Assembly: GCA_049516595.1 (NCBI GenBank)
Contig: JBEKSY010000015.1
Coordinates: 2,938-66,937, forward strand
Source of the DNA: Anaerolineales bacterium
Lineage (GTDB): Bacteria; Chloroflexota; Anaerolineae; Anaerolineales; RBG-16-64-43
Direction of reading: 5' to 3'
DNA length: 64,000 bases
The translations under genes were made by a program, and so were the position numbers. The notes beneath the pieces are model-generated. The model saw only the letters and a list, made by a program, of their open reading frames with translations, was not told where the DNA came from and searched no databases. Shown here one piece after another: positions 55,142-64,000 of this stretch (positions are counted from its first letter, which is position 1; each line of letters opens with the position of its first letter).

Positions 55142-57559
55142 ATGATCGAGATGGATGAGAAGTCCCTGAAGGCCCTTGACCTCTCCAGCATTCTAGAGCG
55201 CCTGGCCGGACGGACCTCCTTTTCGGGCGGAAGGGACCTCGCTCTTCAGCTCACCCCCTCCAGCGATCCCCAGGAAGTCTCCCGTCGACTGCAGGAAACC
55301 AGTGAGGCAAGACGGCTGCTCTCGACCCAGGAGGGGATCTCCCTCGGCGGGGCTCGGGAGATCCGCCCGTTGGTCGAGGCCGCCAGCAAGGGGGCCCGGC
55401 TCTCACCCAGCGATCTCCTGCAGATCCGCGCAACTCTTTCAGCCGCACGGTCCTTGAACCGCATCTTGACCCGGGCCCGGCAAGAGGCCCCCCACTTAGC
55501 AGAGATCGGCTGCAGGCTGCACGACAGCCCGCTGGTTGCCTCAGGGATCGATCGGGCCCTGGACGAAGAAGGGGAGGTCCTCGACCAAGCTTCGCAGCGC
55601 CTGGCCGGCCTGCGCAGCGAACTTCGCCGGACGCATGAACGTTTGATGGGCAGGTTGCAACGCCTGCTGGGGGAGCACGCGGCTCATCTCCAGGAAAGCC
55701 TGATCACCCAACGAGAAGGACGCTATGTGGTCCCTCTTCGTTCCGAGTTCAAGGGCAAGCTGCGAGGCATCGTGCACGACCAGTCTGCCTCGGGGGCCAC
55801 GCTCTTCATCGAACCCCTGGCAACGGTGGAAATGAACAACCAGTTGCGCGAGCTCCAGCTACTCGAGCAGGAGGAGCTGGAACGAATCCTCTCCGAACTT
55901 TCGCAACTGGTGGCCCGCCATGGGCAGGAGATCCGCGAGAGCGGAGAGGCTCTAGCCCAGGTTGACCTGATCCTGGCCAAGGCCGACCTGGCGGAGGCGA
56001 TGAGGGCCTGCGAGCCCGTCCTGGTGGGTTGGAATCCCGGAACCGGGGAGGGCGCACGGGCTGAGGCCCCTGCCCCCGGTCGATCCCCTCTGGTCCTGCT
56101 CGGGGCGCGGCACCCCCTGCTAGATCCCCGCACCGTGGTTCCAATTGATCTTGTCCTTCGACCGGGAGTGTCAGCACTGGTAATCACAGGTCCGAACACC
56201 GGCGGCAAGACCGTGGCCCTGAAGACCGCCGGCCTGCTCGCGGCCATGGCGCAATGCGGACTTCACATCCCGGCGGAGCCCGGGTCCCAGCTGGCGATCT
56301 TCGACTCCCTCCTGGCTGACATCGGTGACGAGCAGTCCATCCAGCAGTCGCTTTCGACCTTTTCGGCGCACATCCAGCAGATTGTCCGCATTCTCCAGCT
56401 GGCCACCTCGCTTTCCCTCGTTATTCTGGATGAGCTCGGTGCCGGCACCGATCCACAAGAGGGCTCGGCTCTGGCCCGCGCCATCCTCAGCGAGTTGATC
56501 CAGAGGAGGATCCCCACCCTGGTGGCGACCCACTACCCAGAGCTCAAAGCTTTCGCCTACAGCGTGGAGGGCGTCGAGAACGCAAGCGTCGAGTTCGATC
56601 CGAATACCTTCCTTCCCACCTACCACCTCGCCCTCGGCCTGCCGGGCAAGTCCAATGCGCTCTCGATTGCCGGGCGGCTCGGGCTCAGCGCGCAGATCCT
56701 TCAGGAGGCCAGGGAAATGGTGTCCTCCTCCGATCTGCAGGTCGAGCAGCTGCTGGAGGAAATCCAGCGCGAGCGGGATGCCCTGCGGGCCGAAAGGAAA
56801 CAGGCCTCTGCGGCGCGCAGAGAGGTCAGCCAGAAGGAGCAGGACCTGGCCAAGCGACTGGGCCGGATCGAGGGCGAACGCGAGAGGCTGCTCGAGGAAG
56901 CTCGCAGGCAAGCGGCCCGGGAGCTCGACGAGGTCCGCTCCGAATTGCGCGAGGTCCGCCGCAAGCTGCAGAGTCTTTCTTCCCCAGAAAAGGTCGCCCT
57001 CCTGACCCCCTCCCAGGACAAGCTCGAGCAACTTGAAAAGGGCTTGGAAGAAGCGGCCCCGCCCAGCCGACTGCCTGGGGTCGGAGGGAGGCCCCGCTCA
57101 CTCCAGGTCGGGGATCGCGTGCGACTCCGCCGGCTGGGAATGGTGGGCCAGCTCGTAGCTCAGTCCGGGGATCAGGTAGAGATACAGGCTGGCGCGCTCC
57201 TCATTCGGGCTGAACTTCGCGATCTGGAGCTTCACGAGAACACCGGGCGGGAGACCGAGCCATCCGCCGGATCCCCGCCGGAGCCTTCCCTAGAGCTCCC
57301 GAGCTTTCCTTCCCCGGGGATCGAACTGGACCTGCGCGGAAAAACGGTCGACGAGGCCTTGCTGGAAGTCGAGCGCTATCTGGACGCGGCTTTTGTAGCC
57401 AAACTTCCGTGGGTGCGAATCATCCACGGCAAGGGGTCGGGCCGCCTGCGCGCAGCCGTTCGCGACCTGCTCGGGCACCACCCGCTCGTGGCCTCCACGG
57501 ACTCCGCCGCCGAAAGCGAAGGCGGGGAAGGCGTCACCCTGGTGAAGCTACAAGCCTAG
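55142..57559 (+). CDS. mutS2: MutS2 (with C-terminal Smr domain)
   Basis: HDQSASGATLFIEP, TGPNTGGKT, DIGDEQSI.QSLSTFS, DELGAGTDP, KOW-like segment, LDLRG and IIHGKGSG. Confidence 0.96.
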   Translation: MIEMDEKSLKALDLSSILERLAGRTSFSGGRDLALQLTPSSDPQEVSRRLQETSEARRLLSTQEGISLGGAREIRPLVEAASKGARLSPSDLLQIRATLSAARSLNRILTRARQEAPHLAEIGCRLHDSPLVASGIDRALDEEGEVLDQASQRLAGLRSELRRTHERLMGRLQRLLGEHAAHLQESLITQREGRYVVPLRSEFKGKLRGIVHDQSASGATLFIEPLATVEMNNQLRELQLLEQEELERILSELSQLVARHGQEIRESGEALAQVDLILAKADLAEAMRACEPVLVGWNPGTGEGARAEAPAPGRSPLVLLGARHPLLDPRTVVPIDLVLRPGVSALVITGPNTGGKTVALKTAGLLAAMAQCGLHIPAEPGSQLAIFDSLLADIGDEQSIQQSLSTFSAHIQQIVRILQLATSLSLVILDELGAGTDPQEGSALARAILSELIQRRIPTLVATHYPELKAFAYSVEGVENASVEFDPNTFLPTYHLALGLPGKSNALSIAGRLGLSAQILQEAREMVSSSDLQVEQLLEEIQRERDALRAERKQASAARREVSQKEQDLAKRLGRIEGERERLLEEARRQAARELDEVRSELREVRRKLQSLSSPEKVALLTPSQDKLEQLEKGLEEAAPPSRLPGVGGRPRSLQVGDRVRLRRLGMVGQLVAQSGDQVEIQAGALLIRAELRDLELHENTGRETEPSAGSPPEPSLELPSFPSPGIELDLRGKTVDEALLEVERYLDAAFVAKLPWVRIIHGKGSGRLRAAVRDLLGHHPLVASTDSAAESEGGEGVTLVKLQA

Positions 57560-57592
57560 AGGCCGTCTACGGGAGAGCCGTTCTGGACCCCG

Positions 57593-57601
57593 TGATATAC
57601 T
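57593..57601 (+). promoter_or_regulatory. Extended -10 promoter upstream of the selenoprotein gene
   Basis: TG-A-TATACT, 33 nt upstream of the ATG, with an AGGAG SD in between. Confidence 0.55.
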
Positions 57602-57634
57602 CGCGCGCAAATCCGGTTGACACAGGAGAACGAC

Positions 57635-57895
57635 ATGCACGAAATCGAGATTGTCTATTGTGCGGTTTGACACTACACGGAACGCGCTGTCAGTCTGACA
57701 GCCGAACTGCTTGGCAAGCACGAGTCCCAGGTTTCCGGTATCCGCCTGGTCCCCTCGGACGGAGGTCGCTTTGAAGTGAGCTTGGACTCCCGGCTCCTTT
57801 ACTCCAAACTGGCGACCCATCGCCACCCGGAACCTGGCGAGATTGCAAGGCTGGTAGCCAAGGAACTGGGCGAATCCCAGCCCCCTGGGAATTGA
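57635..57895 (+). CDS. SelW/SelT/Rdx family selenoprotein (CxxU), 86 aa
   Basis: MHEIEIVYCAV-TGA(57668-70)-HYTERAVSLTAELL...LVPSDGGRFEVSLD..LLYSKLATHRHPEPGE*. The Rdx fold motifs continue in frame past the TGA. Absent from the ORF track. Confidence 0.9.
57686..57702 (+). promoter_or_regulatory. Putative bacterial SECIS hairpin
   Basis: GCTGTCA-GTC-TGACAGC starts 15 nt after the UGA, with GU in the apical loop about 22 nt from the UGA. Confidence 0.65.
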
Positions 57896-57917
57896 CCCTA
57901 TCCAAGAAGGGCAACTG

Positions 57918-58904
57918 ATGGTCGGGAAGGGACGCGTTTTCTCGGGCGCCCGCCCAACCGGGCGCCAGCATCTGGGCAACTACCTGGGAGCCATCCAGAA
58001 CTATGTGGCTCTTCAGGCGGACTATGACTGCGTCTATTGCATCGTTGACCTGCATGCCCTGACCACCCTCGAGGAGTTTGGGGAGCTGCGCGACAACACG
58101 GCCCAGATGGCGCTGGATTGGCTGGCGGCCGGAATTGATCCTGAAAAATCAATCGTCTTTGTGCAAAGCCGTGTCCCCCAGGTCACCGAACTGCATACCA
58201 TCCTTTCTATGTTCGTCCCTCTGGGCAAGCTGACGGACCTTCCGACCTTCAAGGAAAAGGCTCGCTTGCAGCCCCATAACATCAACTACGGTCTGGTTGG
58301 GTACCCGGTGCTGATGGCGGCGGATATTGCTCTCTACAAGGCGGACACGGTCCCAGTCGGAATCGATCAGGAAAGTCACATCGAATTCACCCGCGAGGTG
58401 GTCCGGGCCTTCAACTTCCGGGTGGGCCGCCCGGTCTTGATCGAGCCCCAAATGAAGACGACAGTGTTCCCGAAGGTCCTGGGCACTGACGGACAGCAGA
58501 AAATGAGCAAGAGTCTGAACAACCACATCGAGCTGGCGCTCACCCCAGAGGAGACCATGCAACGGGTGATGACCATGGTGACCGACCCCCAGCGGACCCA
58601 TCGTCACATCCCGGGCCGTCCGGAAGTCTGCAACGTCTTCACCCTGCATCACACCTTCACGCCAGCAGCCGAGGTCGACCAAATCGAGCGCGACTGCCGC
58701 TCCGCGGTCCTGGGATGCGTGGATTGCAAACGCAGGCTGGCGGAGGGGATCAACTCCGAACTGGCCCCCTTCCGCGATCGACGTGAGGCTCTCGCGCGAG
58801 ATCCCTCGCGCGTTTGGGACGTCCTGGCCGATGGGGCCAGACGCGCCTCGCAGATTGCCACCCGCACGATTGCGGAAGTCCGCGACGCCATCGGACTGCC
58901 CTAG
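57918..58904 (+). CDS. trpS: Tryptophan--tRNA ligase
   Basis: SGARPTG..HLGNY, YPVLMAADI, VPVGIDQ and KMSKS. Confidence 0.97.
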   Translation: MVGKGRVFSGARPTGRQHLGNYLGAIQNYVALQADYDCVYCIVDLHALTTLEEFGELRDNTAQMALDWLAAGIDPEKSIVFVQSRVPQVTELHTILSMFVPLGKLTDLPTFKEKARLQPHNINYGLVGYPVLMAADIALYKADTVPVGIDQESHIEFTREVVRAFNFRVGRPVLIEPQMKTTVFPKVLGTDGQQKMSKSLNNHIELALTPEETMQRVMTMVTDPQRTHRHIPGRPEVCNVFTLHHTFTPAAEVDQIERDCRSAVLGCVDCKRRLAEGINSELAPFRDRREALARDPSRVWDVLADGARRASQIATRTIAEVRDAIGLP

Positions 58905-58954
58905 GTGCGACCGTTCTGCATCCCCCGCCCAGGGTTTCCAGAAACGGAACTGAG

Positions 58955-59404
58955 ATGCGAGCGATCCTCCAAAGGGTCTCTCGAGCCAAAGTCACGGTAG
59001 CCGGCCAGGTCGTGGCCGAGATCGGCTCGGGCTATGTCATTCTCTTGGGAATTGGGCAAACCGACGCCATGGAGGAGGCCGACAAACTGGCCGAAAAGTG
59101 CGCGGAACTGCGCCTGTTCTCGGATGATCAAGGCAAGACCAACTTGTCGATTCGCGACGTCCGCGGCGAGGCCTTGGTCATCTCGCAGTTCACGTTGTTG
59201 GCCGATACCCGCCGAGGGCGGCGACCCTCCTTCGTGGAGGCCGCCTCCCCGGCAGCGGCTAGACCGTTGTTCGAGCACTTCGCCAAACGGATGAACGAGC
59301 TGGGGGTGCCCGCCCGCAGCGGGGTGTTCGGCGCTCACATGCTGGTCGATATTCAAAACGACGGGCCGTTCACGCTGATCCTCGATCAGCTGCCCGCAGA
59401 GTAA
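58955..59404 (+). CDS. dtd: D-aminoacyl-tRNA deacylase
   Basis: MRAILQRV, SQFTL, GRRPSF, FGAHM and NDGPFT. Confidence 0.95.
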   Translation: MRAILQRVSRAKVTVAGQVVAEIGSGYVILLGIGQTDAMEEADKLAEKCAELRLFSDDQGKTNLSIRDVRGEALVISQFTLLADTRRGRRPSFVEAASPAAARPLFEHFAKRMNELGVPARSGVFGAHMLVDIQNDGPFTLILDQLPAE

Positions 59405-59432
59405 GCCGGCGGGTCCGGCCCGGCTGAGTCTC

Positions 59433-60353
59433 CTAACTCTGCCGAGGCGCTCGGAATCCAAGGCGCCGCAGCAGGCCCTCTCTTTCCCGCCAGTTCGGGT
59501 AGACCTTAACTCTCATGGAAAGGAACAGGTTGCGGCCCAACGCCGACTCGATTTCGCGGCGAGCTTGAATGCCAATCTGCTTCAGCCTCTGCCCTCCCTT
59601 GCCGATCAGGATCGGCTTGTGGCTCTCCTTCTCCACGATCAAGGTCGCGGCCACGAAAGTCTTGCCCTGCGGGCGCTCACGGAACTGATCGACACGCACC
59701 GCCAAGCCGTGCGGGACCTCCTCCCGCAGGTAACAGAGAGCCGCCTCCCGAATCAACTCACTGACGATCTCTCGTTCACTTGTTTCCGTGACCTGATCCT
59801 CCGGGTAGAGGGCCTGCCCGAGGGGCAGCCGACCGAGAGTAGCCGCGAGCAACTCGGGTACACCCTTGCCCGAGGTGGCGCAGATCTCCAGCACCGGCGC
59901 CTCCGCTAGGACGCGGCGGGCCTCCCCCGCCAATCTTTCACGATTCGCCGGAGGAGCGAGGTCCGTTTTGTTGAGAACCACCAGGACCTTCTCGCGAACC
60001 CCTGGCGCTCCAAGCCGCTCCGCCACAAGCCGGTCGTCTGCCTGCGCAGGGCGGCTGGCATCCAGGATCCACAAGATCACATCCGCGTCTTCCAGGGCCT
60101 GCTGGGCAGTGCGCGCCATGAACTCGCCGAGCCGGTCGCGAGGGAAATGAAACCCGGGGGTGTCGACCAAGACGGCCTGGGCACTGGGCAGGGTAAGGAT
60201 TCCGATCTGACGGACACGAGTCGTCTGAGGCCGGGGAGAGACCGCGGCCAGCTTCTGCCCCACCAGAGAGTTGAGCAGGGTCGACTTGCCCACATTCGGA
60301 CGGCCGAGAAGGGCCACCACCCCGGATCGGTAAGTGCTTGTCTGCTCTGCCAT
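59433..60353 (-). CDS. era: GTPase Era
   Basis: GRPNVGKS, PQTTR, DTPG, NKTD, and KH domain (EEVPH...IGKGG..LK). Confidence 0.96.
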   Translation of the reverse strand: MAEQTSTYRSGVVALLGRPNVGKSTLLNSLVGQKLAAVSPRPQTTRVRQIGILTLPSAQAVLVDTPGFHFPRDRLGEFMARTAQQALEDADVILWILDASRPAQADDRLVAERLGAPGVREKVLVVLNKTDLAPPANRERLAGEARRVLAEAPVLEICATSGKGVPELLAATLGRLPLGQALYPEDQVTETSEREIVSELIREAALCYLREEVPHGLAVRVDQFRERPQGKTFVAATLIVEKESHKPILIGKGGQRLKQIGIQARREIESALGRNLFLSMRVKVYPNWREREGLLRRLGFRAPRQS

Positions 60354-60473
60354 TCGTCTGCCATTGTAATCGCCGGAGCTGGACTATCCCGATCCTCGGC
60401 CCTTCCTCCCAAACAGTGCGCACCCGGCAGGGCGACCTGCGGGGTGCGCACGAGGAGCCCAGACCAGCGTGCC

Positions 60474-60803
60474 CTACGGCTTCTTGAAGTACCCCATCAA
60501 TTTCATGGAGAGACCCAGATCGCCGGCCAGCTTGAGCTTCCCCTGTGCAAAGGCGGCCATCCCGTCGAGAGTCCCCGTCACAATCGAGTTGAAGTCCTCC
60601 ATCGTGGAGGTCAACGTGAGCTTTGGGGTAGGCACGGTCCCCGGAGCGACCGTGCACTTGCCATTGCCCAAAGTCATCACCCAGTCACCGCCTCCCTCAC
60701 CGGTCAGGTGAAACTGGATCACGGCGCTCACGCCCGCCGCCTTCTCGGGAAGGAAGTTGGCAGCCATTCCCTCCAAGATCTGTTTGGACGATAGACCGGC
60801 CAT
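60474..60803 (-). CDS. SCP2 sterol-binding domain protein
   Basis: IQFHLTGEGGGDW...LDGMAAFAQGKLKLAGDLGLSMKL. Start MAGL at 60803. Confidence 0.92.
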   Translation of the reverse strand: MAGLSSKQILEGMAANFLPEKAAGVSAVIQFHLTGEGGGDWVMTLGNGKCTVAPGTVPTPKLTLTSTMEDFNSIVTGTLDGMAAFAQGKLKLAGDLGLSMKLMGYFKKP

Positions 60804-60834
60804 GCATGCCTCCTTAGGCTGGGCCCGAATTCCG

Positions 60835-62136
60835 CTATGAACTGAGGTTCTCGAAAACTCCCGCTGCTCCCATGCCGCCACCGATGCACATCGTGACCAG
60901 GCCATACCGGGCGCGCCGCCGTTTCATCTCATATAGGATTTGGGTGGCCAGCTTCGCACCCGTGCAACCCAGAGGATGCCCCAGGGCGATGGCACCCCCG
61001 TTGACGTTCACCTTTTCCGGGTCGAGCTCCAAAGTACGGATGACGGCAAGGCTCTGGGCCGCAAAAGCCTCATTCAGCTCGATCAGGTCGATATCCTCGG
61101 CCCTGAGCCCGGCGCGCTCCAGGGCCCTCGGAACCGCAGCGATCGGACCCACGCCCATGATCTCGGGAGGCACCCCCCGGACCGCAAAGGCCACGTAGCG
61201 GCCCAGCGGCTTGAGGCCGAGCGTATCGGCGCGCTTTGCCTCCATGAGCACGAGAGCCGCCGCCCCATCCGATGTCTGCGAAGAATTCCCTGCGGTCACC
61301 GTCCCGCCTTGCAGGAACGCCGCCTTGAGGCGCGAGAGGGCCTCGAGGTTGGTATCCCGGCGGGGCCCTTCGTCCATCTCAAACCGGAACTTGCGCACCG
61401 CGAGCCGATCTTCCTCGTCCAGTGCGGCAACCTCGACCTCCAGAGGGAAGATTCCCTCCGCGAATCTTCCCGCTGCCTGAGCCGCCACGGCTTTCTCGTG
61501 ACTTCTCAAGGAGAATTGGTCTTGATCCTCGCGGCTTACTTTGTACTCCTTAGCCACGCGTTCAGCCGTCAGGCCCATATTGAGATAGACCCCCGGCCAA
61601 TCCAGGGCAAATTGAGGATTGGGACTGAACTTGTTTCCCGTCATGGGGACCATGCTCATGGACTCCGTGCCCCCCACGACGACGACCTCCGACTGGCCCG
61701 AAAGAATCTCCTGGGCCCCCATCGCGAGCGTTTGCAGCCCCGAGGAGCAAAATCGGTTAACCGTAGCCCCGGGAACCTCGACCGGCAGCCCCGCCCTCAA
61801 GGCGGAGATCCGCCCGACGTTCAACCCTTGCTCACCCTCGGGGAAAGCACAGCCGATCAGCACATCGTCGATCAGCTGGGGGTCAAAGGAGCCAGCCCGT
61901 CGGTAAGCCTCACGTATCGCCGCCGCTGCCATCTCATCCGGGCGGACGGTGCGCAGCGACCCGCGGGGCGCTCTGCCCACCGCGGTTCGGGCCGCCGAGA
62001 CGATGACCACCTCGCGCGCCGAGGGAACCCGCGAGGTGAGTGGGCGAGACGGCCGCCTGGCTCGGCCGGGCCCAGGCCGACCCTGGCTGCTCCTTCCTGT
62101 GCGAGTTTTCGATGCCTGGACTTTCGTCGCTGGCAT
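60835..62136 (-). CDS. fadA: Acetyl-CoA C-acyltransferase (thiolase)
   Basis: [20 protein letters not shown] and CIGGG. Confidence 0.95.
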   Translation of the reverse strand: MPATKVQASKTRTGRSSQGRPGPGRARRPSRPLTSRVPSAREVVIVSAARTAVGRAPRGSLRTVRPDEMAAAAIREAYRRAGSFDPQLIDDVLIGCAFPEGEQGLNVGRISALRAGLPVEVPGATVNRFCSSGLQTLAMGAQEILSGQSEVVVVGGTESMSMVPMTGNKFSPNPQFALDWPGVYLNMGLTAERVAKEYKVSREDQDQFSLRSHEKAVAAQAAGRFAEGIFPLEVEVAALDEEDRLAVRKFRFEMDEGPRRDTNLEALSRLKAAFLQGGTVTAGNSSQTSDGAAALVLMEAKRADTLGLKPLGRYVAFAVRGVPPEIMGVGPIAAVPRALERAGLRAEDIDLIELNEAFAAQSLAVIRTLELDPEKVNVNGGAIALGHPLGCTGAKLATQILYEMKRRRARYGLVTMCIGGGMGAAGVFENLSS

Positions 62137-62189
62137 GGATCACCTCCTACCTCTTCCTGGCCCTGTCCGCTGGGGACAGCGCTCGCCTT

Positions 62190-64000
62190 TCAATTGCGTA
62201 GCGGTTTCCCGGTCTGGAGCATGTGCCAGATCCTCTCCTGGGTGCGGACCTCTCCGCACAGCGACAGGAAGGCCTCACACTCCAAGTCCAAGAAGTACTG
62301 TTCGTCCACCCAATCCGGGGCCGTAAGATCCCCGCCGCAAAGAACCCGCGCCAGGTGTGTCCCGACCACAACGTCGTATTCCGTGACCGCCGCGCTTTCC
62401 CGATACATGTACAGGCCCACGCGTATGGCGGACATGGCATCCCGGCCCGCGGCATACACTTTGAATGGGATGGGCGGACGGTACCCGGCTTGAGCCAGGT
62501 GAAGGGCCTCCTCCTTCGCCTCCGCGAGCAGATGGGCTCGATTCATCACCAGGCGGTTCTCGGGGGAAAGGAAGCCGAGCCTGCGCGCCTCCTCTGCGGA
62601 GGTGGAGACTCGGGCCTGACCCACGGTTTCAAAGATCCTCTGCAGGGCCGGCAGGGGGTCCGCACCCCGGTTCTGCACTACGGGGCTTACCAGGCGCCGG
62701 ACCATCTCCTTGCTGCCCCCTCCCGCCGGGATCAGCCCGACCCCGACCTCGACCAATCCCAAGTACCCTTCGGCGGCCACCACCGCATGGGGCGAGGCCA
62801 TGGTGATCTCGCAGCCACCGCCCAGCGCCATGCCTGCCGGGGCCGCAATGACGGGGCGGCTGGCATAGCGAATGCGCATGTTGATTTGCTGAAACTGGCG
62901 GATGCCTTGCTCCAGCAGGTCCCAGGCTTTGTTCTGCGCAGCCACCCCCACATAAGCCAGGTTGGCTCCGACACAGAAGTTGTCCGCCTCATTGCCGATC
63001 ACGAGGCCTTCGAACTCCCCCGCCTCCAGTCGGTCCAGGGAACGAGAAAGCATTTCCCAGATGTCTGTGTCCAGGGCATTCATCTTGGTGTGGAATTCGA
63101 CGCACGCCACGCCCTGCCCCAGATCGACCAGCGAAGCGCCATCATTCTGCGCCAGAACCCCACCCGATTCGGATTTCCTCACGCTCAGTGCGATCTCGGA
63201 GCGATTGCCCGCGATGTCCCGGTATCCTTTGCGGACCGGTTCGTACACGCCGACCCGACGCACGCCTGCGCGGGCGTAGAAGGTCTCATTCCCCGAGGCG
63301 AGCATTTCCTTAACCCAGGGAGCGGGGGGCGTGCCTGCGGCCTCCATTTGCTTGACAGTCTGGCGCACCCCCAGTGCGTCCCAGGTCTCGAAAGGTCCCT
63401 GATCGTGGGTGAACCCCCAGCGCATGGCCTGATCCACGGCCAGTGGCGAGTCGGCAATTTCCGGGAGGCGATGGGAGGCGTAGGCCAAGCCGTAGCAGGT
63501 AGAAGCTCGCAGCAGGTCGGCCGCGCGGTCTTCACCGGCCAGCAAGACCTTCAGTCGCTCGGCGAGCGGCTCAATGTCTTTGGCACGCCCGACGGAGTCA
63601 AACCGCGGTTTGGCCGGCGGCTCGTACTCGAAGGTCTTCAGGTTCAGGGACCAGAATTCTCGGACCCCGTCCTTGCGGACCTCCTTGTAGAAGCCCTGCC
63701 CGCTCTTGCCGCCGAGCCAGTTGTTGTCCACCATCCTCTTCAGCAGAGTCAGGACGGGCTGGGAGATCAGAAGTTCGCGCGATTCGTCGTCGGGCACGAC
63801 CGGGTACAAATTGCGGATGACGTGGTAGAGCACATCGATTCCCACCAAGTCAAAGAGACGGAAGGTGGCGGTCCTGGGATGCCCGATCAAGGGTCCGGTG
63901 AGGGCATCCACCTCGTCCACGCTGTACCCGTTGCGCAGGGCGTAGTCGATAACAAACAGCCCCTCCATGGTCCCTACCCGGTTGGCGATGAAGTTGGGGG
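62190..64000 (-). CDS. fadN: 3-hydroxyacyl-CoA dehydrogenase / enoyl-CoA hydratase (FadN-type), 5' part outside the window
   Basis: The frame continues past the track start to the edge (PNFIANRVGT). Motifs include TATFRLFDLVGID, GPFETWD, FHTKMN, ALGGGCE and GLVEVGVGLIPAGGG. Confidence 0.92.
   Translation of the reverse strand, partial: PNFIANRVGTMEGLFVIDYALRNGYSVDEVDALTGPLIGHPRTATFRLFDLVGIDVLYHVIRNLYPVVPDDESRELLISQPVLTLLKRMVDNNWLGGKSGQGFYKEVRKDGVREFWSLNLKTFEYEPPAKPRFDSVGRAKDIEPLAERLKVLLAGEDRAADLLRASTCYGLAYASHRLPEIADSPLAVDQAMRWGFTHDQGPFETWDALGVRQTVKQMEAAGTPPAPWVKEMLASGNETFYARAGVRRVGVYEPVRKGYRDIAGNRSEIALSVRKSESGGVLAQNDGASLVDLGQGVACVEFHTKMNALDTDIWEMLSRSLDRLEAGEFEGLVIGNEADNFCVGANLAYVGVAAQNKAWDLLEQGIRQFQQINMRIRYASRPVIAAPAGMALGGGCEITMASPHAVVAAEGYLGLVEVGVGLIPAGGGSKEMVRRLVSPVVQNRGADPLPALQRIFETVGQARVSTSAEEARRLGFLSPENRLVMNRAHLLAEAKEEALHLAQAGYRPPIPFKVYAAGRDAMSAIRVGLYMYRESAAVTEYDVVVGTHLARVLCGGDLTAPDWVDEQYFLDLECEAFLSLCGEVRTQERIWHMLQTGKPLRN

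Noticed and set aside
216-63535. Numerous long antisense or overlapping ORFs (e.g. 7172..8515+, 38994..40130+, 41731..43095+, 45451..47241+, 60940..62493+, 24843..25811-, 25911..26930-)
   Set aside because: These are shadow frames of well-supported genes on the opposite strand, expected in high-GC DNA, and they contain no family motifs.
1-64000. CRISPR arrays, transposases, integrases, rRNA
   Set aside because: I found no regularly spaced repeats and no DDE/recombinase or rRNA signatures on reading.

Overview
GC-rich bacterial chromosomal window. The gene families suggest Chloroflexota, Anaerolineae-like (inference). It is mostly housekeeping and metabolic genes: transporters, tRNA-Leu(CAG), kdgK, fabL, rsmA, SRP RNA, rnc, fabF, moaC/moaDE, galK, a divergent proS, nadE, mutS2, trpS, dtd, era and a beta-oxidation operon. 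I saw no CRISPR array, transposase or integrase. The standout is a candidate peptide-signalling locus at 27.4-32.7 kb. It has a sigma70-type promoter, an unannotated 51-aa ORF ending ...GYWFGWN* (ComX-like), a 15-bp hairpin, and a ComQ-like isoprenyl-transferase-fold enzyme. These are followed by a translationally coupled receptor whose ComP-like membrane sensor (TM + PDZ-like loop + about 9 TMs) is fused to 4 GAF domains and an HD-GYP domain, not a histidine kinase. A diguanylate cyclase and a second HD-GYP protein lie directly upstream. This suggests a prenylated-tryptophan pheromone (quorum-sensing) system wired to c-di-GMP turnover instead of a ComA response regulator. Other items missed by the ORF track or unusual: a CxxU SelW/Rdx selenoprotein with a SECIS-like hairpin, SRP RNA acting as leader of a yabE-rsmA operon, a ProRS with several substituted catalytic residues, an M48 peptidase-DUF309 fusion and a frameshifted wHTH regulator. 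All family calls come from motif recognition by eye; no database searches were run.
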